NCBI RefSeq assembly: GCF_001457615.1
Contig: NZ_LN831024.1
Coordinates: 150,001 to 182,000, forward strand
Direction: 5' to 3'
DNA length: 32,000 nucleotides
From: Pseudomonas aeruginosa
Lineage (GTDB): Bacteria; Pseudomonadota; Gammaproteobacteria; Pseudomonadales; Pseudomonadaceae
The notes below the pieces were generated by a model that was not told the origin of the DNA, ran no database searches, and saw only the letters and a list, made by a program, of their open reading frames with translations. Positions within the stretch are counted from its first letter, which is position 1, and each line of letters begins with the position of its first letter. Positions 26,139 through 32,000 of the stretch are shown in pieces. The position numbers and the translations under genes are program-made.

Positions 26139-26168
26139 AGCCTTTCCGTGACCCGAGCCCGAACGTCC

Positions 26169-27008
26169 ATGAGCGAACTCCCGGAACACCCCGCCACCCT
26201 GGCGCCGCCGACCGTCCTTTCGCCGGCCAAGCGCATCGAGGCCTTCACCGGCGATCCCAACTTCATGACCTCGCTGGCCCGTGGCCTGGCGGTGATCCAT
26301 GCGTTCCAGGAGCGCAAGCGGCACCTGACCATCGCCCAGATCAGCCACCGCACCGAGATACCCCGCGCCGCCGTGCGTCGCTGCCTGCACACGCTGATGC
26401 AGCTTGGCTACGCCACCACCGACGGGCGCACCTACTCGCTGTTGCCGAAGGTGCTCACCCTCGGCCACGCCTACCTGTCGTCGACGCCGCTGGCGATCAC
26501 TGCGCAGCCGATCCTCGACCGCCTCAGCGAACAGCTCCACGAAGCCTGTTCGATGGCCACCCTGGAGGGCGACGACGTGCTCTACATCGCCCGTTCGGCC
26601 ACTCCCCAGCGGCTGATTTCGGTGGACCTCAACGTCGGCAGCCGGCTGCCCGCCTATTGCACCTCGATGGGCCGCATCCTCCTCGCCGCGCTGGACGACG
26701 ACGCGCTGCACGCCTACTTCGGCGGAGTGGAGATGCAGGCCAAGACCAGCCGTACCCTGTATACCCCCGAGACCCTGCTGCCGTGCCTGGTGGAGATTCG
26801 TCGCCAGGGCTGGTGCATCGTCGACCAGGAGCTGGAAGTCGGCCTGCGCTCGCTGGCGGTGCCGGTACGCGACTCCGCCGGCCATGTGCTCGCCGCGCTG
26901 AACGTCGGCACCCATGCCGGGCGGGTCTCCCGCGCCGAACTGGAAAGCCGTTTCCTGCCGTTGCTGCTGGAGGCCAGCCGCGAGCTGAGCGCGCGCCTGT
27001 TCACCTGA
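26169..27008 (+). CDS. pcaR: IclR-family regulator of beta-ketoadipate pathway genes
   Basis: Frame of ORF 26148..27008 (GTG). The ATG at 26169 gives MSELPEHPATLAPPTVLSPAKRIEAFTGDPNFMTSLARGLAVIHAFQERKRHLTIAQISHRTEIPRAAVRRCLHTL..., which by recall is near-colinear with P. putida PcaR. The choice between 26148 and 26169 is uncertain. Confidence 0.9.
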   Translation: MSELPEHPATLAPPTVLSPAKRIEAFTGDPNFMTSLARGLAVIHAFQERKRHLTIAQISHRTEIPRAAVRRCLHTLMQLGYATTDGRTYSLLPKVLTLGHAYLSSTPLAITAQPILDRLSEQLHEACSMATLEGDDVLYIARSATPQRLISVDLNVGSRLPAYCTSMGRILLAALDDDALHAYFGGVEMQAKTSRTLYTPETLLPCLVEIRRQGWCIVDQELEVGLRSLAVPVRDSAGHVLAALNVGTHAGRVSRAELESRFLPLLLEASRELSARLFT

Positions 27009-27160
27009 CGCCGGAGGCGATCCCCTCCACAAGTTTGGAAAAGGAACCCCCGCTTCCATCTGATAGTCGCAATCCTTGGGGACGCGGCTAGAATCCCTGC
27101 CAATTCTGGGAGTTTCCGGCCGGATCGGCCGGTATCTGTATGGATCGCGAAGGGGAAGGC

Positions 27161-28312
27161 ATGTCAGACGCCAGAGGCGCTTTTCATTCCAAAGGTCGCT
27201 GGTCGCGGATGGCGCTGCCCGCCATCCTGTGCGCCGGCCTGCTTGTCGGTTGCGGCGCCGAGCCGCCCGCCGAGGAACACGTCCGTGTGCTGGCGCAGAC
27301 GGTGAAGATGGCCGAGTTCGCCTCGGCCACCTCGATCACCGGCGACATCCAGGCACGGGTACAGGCCGACCAGTCGTTCCGTGTCGGCGGCAAGATCGTC
27401 GAGCGCCTGGTCGATGTCGGCGACCACGTCGCGGCTGGCCAGGTGTTGGCGCGGCTCGACCCGCAGGACCAGCGCAGCAACGTGGAGAACGCCCAGGCGG
27501 CGGTCGCCGCGCAGCAGGCGCAGTCGAAGCTCGCCGACCTCAACTACCAGCGGCAGAAGGCGCTGCTGCCCAAGGGCTACACCAGCCAGAGCGAGTACGA
27601 CCAGGCGCTGGCCTCGGTGCGCAGCGCGCAGAGTTCGCTGAAGGCCGCCCAGGCGCAGTTGGCCAACGCCCGCGACCTGCTTTCCTATACCGAGCTGCGT
27701 GCCTCCGACGCCGGGGTCATCACCGCCCGCCAGGCCGAGGTCGGCCAGGTGGTGCAGGCCACCGTGCCGATCTTCACCCTGGCCCGCGACGGCGAGCGCG
27801 ACGCGGTGTTCAACGTCTACGAGTCGTTGTTCAGCCACGATGTCGACGGCCAGCGGATCACCGTCAGCCTGCTCGGCAAGCCGGAAGTCACCGCCAGCGG
27901 CAAGGTCCGCGAGATCACCCCCACGGTGGACGAGCGCAGCGGTACGCTGAAGGTCAAGGTCGGCCTCGACTCGGTGCCGGCGGAAATGAGCCTCGGCAGC
28001 GTGGTCAACGCCAGCGTCGCCGCGCCGGCCGAGCACAGCGTGGTGCTGCCCTGGTCGGCGCTGTCCAAGGTCGGCGAGCAGCCGGCGGTCTGGTTGCTCG
28101 ACCAGCAAGGCAAGGCGCGTCTGCAACCGGTGCGGGTGGCACGCTACGCCAGCGAGAAGGTGGTCATCGACGGTGGCCTGGAGGCGGGCCAGACGGTGGT
28201 CACGGTGGGCGGCCAACTGCTCCATCCGGGCCAGGTGGTCGAGGTGGCCCAGCCGCCGCAGCCGACCCAGAGCACCGCCAGCCGCGACGCCGTGGGCGGA
28301 GGCCAGCCATGA
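27161..28312 (+). CDS. triA: RND efflux membrane fusion protein (first of two MFPs)
   Basis: Frame of ORF 27140..28312. The ATG at 27161 has GGGGAAGG upstream. 383 aa with lipobox LLVGCG. Biotinyl-lipoyl and coiled-coil MFP architecture (VGDHVAAGQVLARLDPQD...AQLANARDLLSYTELRA). Confidence 0.9.
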   Translation: MSDARGAFHSKGRWSRMALPAILCAGLLVGCGAEPPAEEHVRVLAQTVKMAEFASATSITGDIQARVQADQSFRVGGKIVERLVDVGDHVAAGQVLARLDPQDQRSNVENAQAAVAAQQAQSKLADLNYQRQKALLPKGYTSQSEYDQALASVRSAQSSLKAAQAQLANARDLLSYTELRASDAGVITARQAEVGQVVQATVPIFTLARDGERDAVFNVYESLFSHDVDGQRITVSLLGKPEVTASGKVREITPTVDERSGTLKVKVGLDSVPAEMSLGSVVNASVAAPAEHSVVLPWSALSKVGEQPAVWLLDQQGKARLQPVRVARYASEKVVIDGGLEAGQTVVTVGGQLLHPGQVVEVAQPPQPTQSTASRDAVGGGQP

Positions 28313-29379
28313 AGCCGTTTTCCCTCGCCGGCCTGTTCGGCTTCGTCCTGCTCCTCTCCGGCTGCGGCGACGAGCCGCCGCCGGCACCGCCGCGGCCGGT
28401 GCTGACGGTGACCGTGAAGACCCTGAAGAACGACGACCTCGGTCGCTTCGCCGGGAGCATCCAGGCGCGCTACGAGAGCGTGCTCGGCTTCCGCACCAAC
28501 GGACGGATCGCCTCGCGCCTGTTCGACGTCGGTGACTTCGTCGGCAAGGGCGCGCTGCTGGCGACCCTCGACCCCACCGACCAGCAGAACCAGTTGCGCG
28601 CCAGCCAGGGCGATCTGGCCAGCGCCGAGGCACAGTTGATCGACGCCCAGGCCAATGCCCGGCGCCAGGAAGAACTGTTCGCCCGCAGCGTCACCGCCCA
28701 GGCGCGCCTGGACGATGCGCGGACCCGCCTGAAGACCAGCCAGGCCAGCTTCGACCAGGCCAAAGCGGCGGTGCAGCAGGCCAGGGACCAGCTTTCCTAC
28801 ACGCGCCTGGTGACCGATTTCGACGGCGTCATCACCACCTGGCACGCCGAGGCCGGGCAAGTGGTCAGCGCCGGCCAGGCGGTGGTCACCCTGGCCCGGC
28901 CCGAAGTGCGCGAGGCAGTCTTCGACCTGCCCACCGAGGTCGCCGAGAGCCTGCCGGCCGACGCGCGCTTCCTGGTCAGCGCCCAGCTCGACCCGCAGGC
29001 CAGGACCACCGGCAGCATCCGCGAGCTGGGTCCGCAGGCCGACGCCTCGACCCGCACCCGTCGCGTGCGCCTGAGCCTGGCGCAGACGCCGGAGGCGTTT
29101 CGCCTCGGTTCGACCATCCAGGTCCAGCTGAGCAGCGCCGGTAGCGTGCGCAGCGTGCTGCCGGCCAGCGTGCTGCTGGAGCGGGACGGCAAGACCCAGG
29201 TCTGGGTCGTCGATGGGAAACAGTCCAGCGTGGCCCTGCGCGAGGTACAGGTGCTCAGCCGCGACGAACGCCAGGTGGTGATCGGACAGGGCCTGGCCGA
29301 CGGCGACCGGGTGGTCCGCGCCGGAGTCAACAGCCTCAAGCCCGGCCAGAAGATCAAACTCGACGAGGATGCGCGATGA
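28309..29379 (+). CDS. triB: RND efflux membrane fusion protein (second MFP)
   Basis: The ATG at 28309 overlaps the triA stop (ATGA). 356 aa, MKPFSLAGLFGFVLLLSGCG (lipobox), then VGDFVGKGALLATLDPTDQ...ARDQLSYTRLV. The 5' part of track ORF 27076..29379 is an out-of-frame shadow of triA. Confidence 0.9.
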   Translation: MKPFSLAGLFGFVLLLSGCGDEPPPAPPRPVLTVTVKTLKNDDLGRFAGSIQARYESVLGFRTNGRIASRLFDVGDFVGKGALLATLDPTDQQNQLRASQGDLASAEAQLIDAQANARRQEELFARSVTAQARLDDARTRLKTSQASFDQAKAAVQQARDQLSYTRLVTDFDGVITTWHAEAGQVVSAGQAVVTLARPEVREAVFDLPTEVAESLPADARFLVSAQLDPQARTTGSIRELGPQADASTRTRRVRLSLAQTPEAFRLGSTIQVQLSSAGSVRSVLPASVLLERDGKTQVWVVDGKQSSVALREVQVLSRDERQVVIGQGLADGDRVVRAGVNSLKPGQKIKLDEDAR

Positions 29380-32000
29380 AGGGCGGTTTCAACCTGTCGG
29401 ACTGGGCCCTGCGCCACCAGTCCCTGGTCTGGTACCTGATGGCGGTATCGCTGGTGATGGGCGTGTTCTCCTACCTCAACCTGGGGCGCGAGGAGGATCC
29501 CTCGTTCGCCATCAAGACCATGGTCATCCAGACCCGCTGGCCGGGCGCCACGGTGGACGACACCCTGGAGCAGGTCACCGACCGCATCGAGAAGAAGCTC
29601 GAGGAGCTGGACTCGCTGGATTACGTGAAGAGCTACACGCGACCCGGCGAATCGACGGTCTTCGTCTACCTGAAGGACACCACCAAGGCCGGCGACATCC
29701 CGGATATCTGGTACCAGGTGCGCAAGAAGATCTCCGACATCCAGGGGGAATTCCCCCAGGGCATCCAGGGACCGGGTTTCAACGACGAGTTCGGCGACGT
29801 GTTCGGCAGCGTCTACGCCTTCACCGCCGACGGCCTGGACTTCCGCCAGCTGCGCGACTACGTGGAGAAGGTGCGCCTGGACATCCGCTCGGTGAAAGAC
29901 CTGGGCAAGGTGCAGATGATCGGTGCGCAGAACGAGGTCATCTACCTCAACTTCTCCACCCGCAAGCTGGCCGCCCTCGGTCTCGACCAGCGCCAGGTCG
30001 TGCAGAGCCTGCAGGCGCAGAACGCGGTGACCCCGTCCGGCGTGGTCGAGGCCGGCCCCGAGCGCATCTCGGTGCGCACCTCAGGCAACTTCCGTTCGGA
30101 AAAGGACCTGCAGGCGGTCAACCTGCGGGTCAACGATCGTTTCTACCGGCTGTCCGACCTGGCCAGCATCAGCCGCGATTTCGTCGACCCGCCGACCTCG
30201 CTGTTCCGCTACAAGGGCGAGCCGGCCATCGGCCTGGCGGTGGCGATGAAGGAGGGCGGCAATATCCTCGAGTTCGGCGAGGCGCTCAATGCGCGCATGC
30301 AGGAGATCACCGGCGAACTGCCGGTTGGCGTCGGCGTGCACCAGGTGTCGAACCAGGCCCAGGTGGTGAAGAAGGCGGTCGGCGGTTTCACCCGGGCGCT
30401 GTTCGAGGCGGTGGTGATCGTCCTCATCGTCAGCTTCGTCAGCCTCGGCCTGCGCGCCGGGCTGGTGGTGGCCTGCTCGATCCCGCTGGTGCTGGCGATG
30501 GTCTTCGTGTTCATGGAATACACCGACATCACCATGCAGCGGGTTTCCCTCGGCGCGCTGATCATCGCCCTCGGCCTGCTGGTGGACGATGCCATGATCA
30601 CCGTGGAGATGATGATCACGCGCCTCGAACTGGGCGACTCGCTGCACGACTCGGCGACCTACGCCTACACCTCGACGGCCTTCCCGATGCTCACCGGGAC
30701 CCTGGTGACGGTGGCCGGCTTCGTGCCCATCGGGCTCAACGCCAGCTCCGCCGGCGAGTACACCTTCACCCTGTTCGCAGTGATCGCCGTGGCGCTGCTG
30801 CTGTCGTGGATCGTCGCGGTGCTGTTCGCCCCGGTGATCGCCGTGCACATCCTGCCGAAGACTCTCAAGCACAAGTCGGAGCAGAAGAAGGGCCGCATCG
30901 CCGAGCGTTTCGACAGCCTGCTGCACCTGGCGATGCGCCGGCGCTGGACGACCATCTTCCTCACCGCGCTGCTGTTCGGCGTGTCGCTGTTCCTGATGAA
31001 GTTCGTCCAGCACCAGTTCTTCCCGTCTTCCGACCGTCCGGAACTGCTGGTCGACCTCAACCTGCCGCAAAACAGCAGCATCCACGAGACCAGGGCGGTG
31101 ATGGACCGCCTGGAAGCGACGCTGAAGGACGACGAGGACATCGACCACTGGAGCGCCTACGTCGGCGAAGGCGCGATCCGCTTCTACCTGCCGCTGGACC
31201 AGCAGTTGCAGAACAACTTCTATGGCCAGCTGGTGATCGTCACCAAGGACCTGGAGGCCCGCGAGCGCGTCGCCGCGCGCCTGCGCGATCGCTTGCGCAA
31301 GGACTACGTCGGCATCAGCACCTACGTGCAGCCGCTGGAGATGGGGCCGCCGGTGGGACGGCCGATCCAGTACCGGGTCAGCGGACCGCAGATCGACAAG
31401 GTCCGCGAGTACGCCATGGGCCTGGCCGGCGTGCTCGACGGCAACCCGAACATCGGCGATATCGTCTACGACTGGAACGAGCCCGGGAAGATGCTCAAGA
31501 TCGACATCGCCCAGGACAAGGCGCGCCAGCTCGGGCTTTCCTCCGAGGACGTGGCGCAGATCATGAACAGCGTGGTGACCGGCAGCGCGGTGACCCAGGT
31601 GCGCGACGACATCTACCTGGTGAACGTCATCGGCCGCGCCGAGGATAGCGAGCGCGGCTCGCTGGAGACCCTGGAGAGCCTGCAGATCGTCACGCCCAGC
31701 GGCACCTCGATCCCGCTCAAGGCGTTCGCCAAGGTCAGCTACGAGCTGGAGCAGCCGCTGGTGTGGCGCCGCGACCGCAAGCCGACGATCACGGTGAAGG
31801 CGTCGCTGCGCGGCGAGATCCAGCCCACCGACCTGGTCGCCCGGCTGGCGCCGGAGGTCAAGCGCTTCGCCGACGGCCTGCCGGCGAACTACCGGATCGA
31901 AGTGGGCGGCACGGTGGAGGAGAGCGGCAAGGCCGAGGGCCCGATCGCCAAGGTGGTGCCGCTGATGCTGTTCCTCATGGCGACCTTCCTGATGATCCAG
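29376..32000 (+). CDS. triC: RND (AcrB/HAE1-type) inner-membrane efflux transporter, first 875 codons; continues past the window end
   Basis: Not in the track because it has no stop in the window. I translated it by hand from the ATG at 29376, which overlaps the triB stop (ATGA): [62 protein letters not shown]...[14 protein letters not shown]...[18 protein letters not shown]. It is in frame through 32000 with no stop. The 29369..31648 + ORF is a +1-frame shadow. Confidence 0.9.
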   Translation, partial: MKGGFNLSDWALRHQSLVWYLMAVSLVMGVFSYLNLGREEDPSFAIKTMVIQTRWPGATVDDTLEQVTDRIEKKLEELDSLDYVKSYTRPGESTVFVYLKDTTKAGDIPDIWYQVRKKISDIQGEFPQGIQGPGFNDEFGDVFGSVYAFTADGLDFRQLRDYVEKVRLDIRSVKDLGKVQMIGAQNEVIYLNFSTRKLAALGLDQRQVVQSLQAQNAVTPSGVVEAGPERISVRTSGNFRSEKDLQAVNLRVNDRFYRLSDLASISRDFVDPPTSLFRYKGEPAIGLAVAMKEGGNILEFGEALNARMQEITGELPVGVGVHQVSNQAQVVKKAVGGFTRALFEAVVIVLIVSFVSLGLRAGLVVACSIPLVLAMVFVFMEYTDITMQRVSLGALIIALGLLVDDAMITVEMMITRLELGDSLHDSATYAYTSTAFPMLTGTLVTVAGFVPIGLNASSAGEYTFTLFAVIAVALLLSWIVAVLFAPVIAVHILPKTLKHKSEQKKGRIAERFDSLLHLAMRRRWTTIFLTALLFGVSLFLMKFVQHQFFPSSDRPELLVDLNLPQNSSIHETRAVMDRLEATLKDDEDIDHWSAYVGEGAIRFYLPLDQQLQNNFYGQLVIVTKDLEARERVAARLRDRLRKDYVGISTYVQPLEMGPPVGRPIQYRVSGPQIDKVREYAMGLAGVLDGNPNIGDIVYDWNEPGKMLKIDIAQDKARQLGLSSEDVAQIMNSVVTGSAVTQVRDDIYLVNVIGRAEDSERGSLETLESLQIVTPSGTSIPLKAFAKVSYELEQPLVWRRDRKPTITVKASLRGEIQPTDLVARLAPEVKRFADGLPANYRIEVGGTVEESGKAEGPIAKVVPLMLFLMATFLMIQ

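Overview
High-GC chromosomal DNA. From memory, not from a search, I recognise it as the Pseudomonas aeruginosa core region equivalent to PAO1 PA0132-PA0158. Gene order in the window: (1) bauA (partial) and bauR, beta-alanine catabolism. (2) A ~17 kb purine/nucleoside salvage neighbourhood: guanine deaminase, a BMP-type ABC importer (ATPase plus 2 permeases), ppk2, an 8-oxoguanine-deaminase-type amidohydrolase, nuh, two nucleoside 2-deoxyribosyltransferase-like paralogs, a BMP-family binding protein, a 2OG-Fe(II) oxygenase and an adenine/adenosine deaminase. OxyR-controlled ahpCF interrupts this neighbourhood. (3) A Fur-box / ECF sigma / FecR / TonB-transducer cell-surface-signalling module. 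(4) pcaQ-pcaHG-pcaR. (5) triA-triB-triC, with triC running off the 3' edge. I saw no tRNA, rRNA, CRISPR, IS or prophage signatures. Points worth a second look: (a) a ~1.1 kb ORF-free gap (3199-4307) holds three perfect and several near-perfect DnaA boxes, all in one orientation and embedded in modular repeats; (b) ppk2 and the adjacent divergent amidohydrolase each appear to have lost one base from a C/G run, giving frameshifts; (c) one of the two deoxyribosyltransferase-like paralogs has a twin-arginine signal, and nuh and the BMP binding protein also carry export signals, which suggests extracytoplasmic nucleoside processing; (d) the ABC importer is separated from its likely binding protein by about 8 kb. 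Many long ORFs in the track are antisense or out-of-frame shadows typical of high-GC DNA and were rejected.
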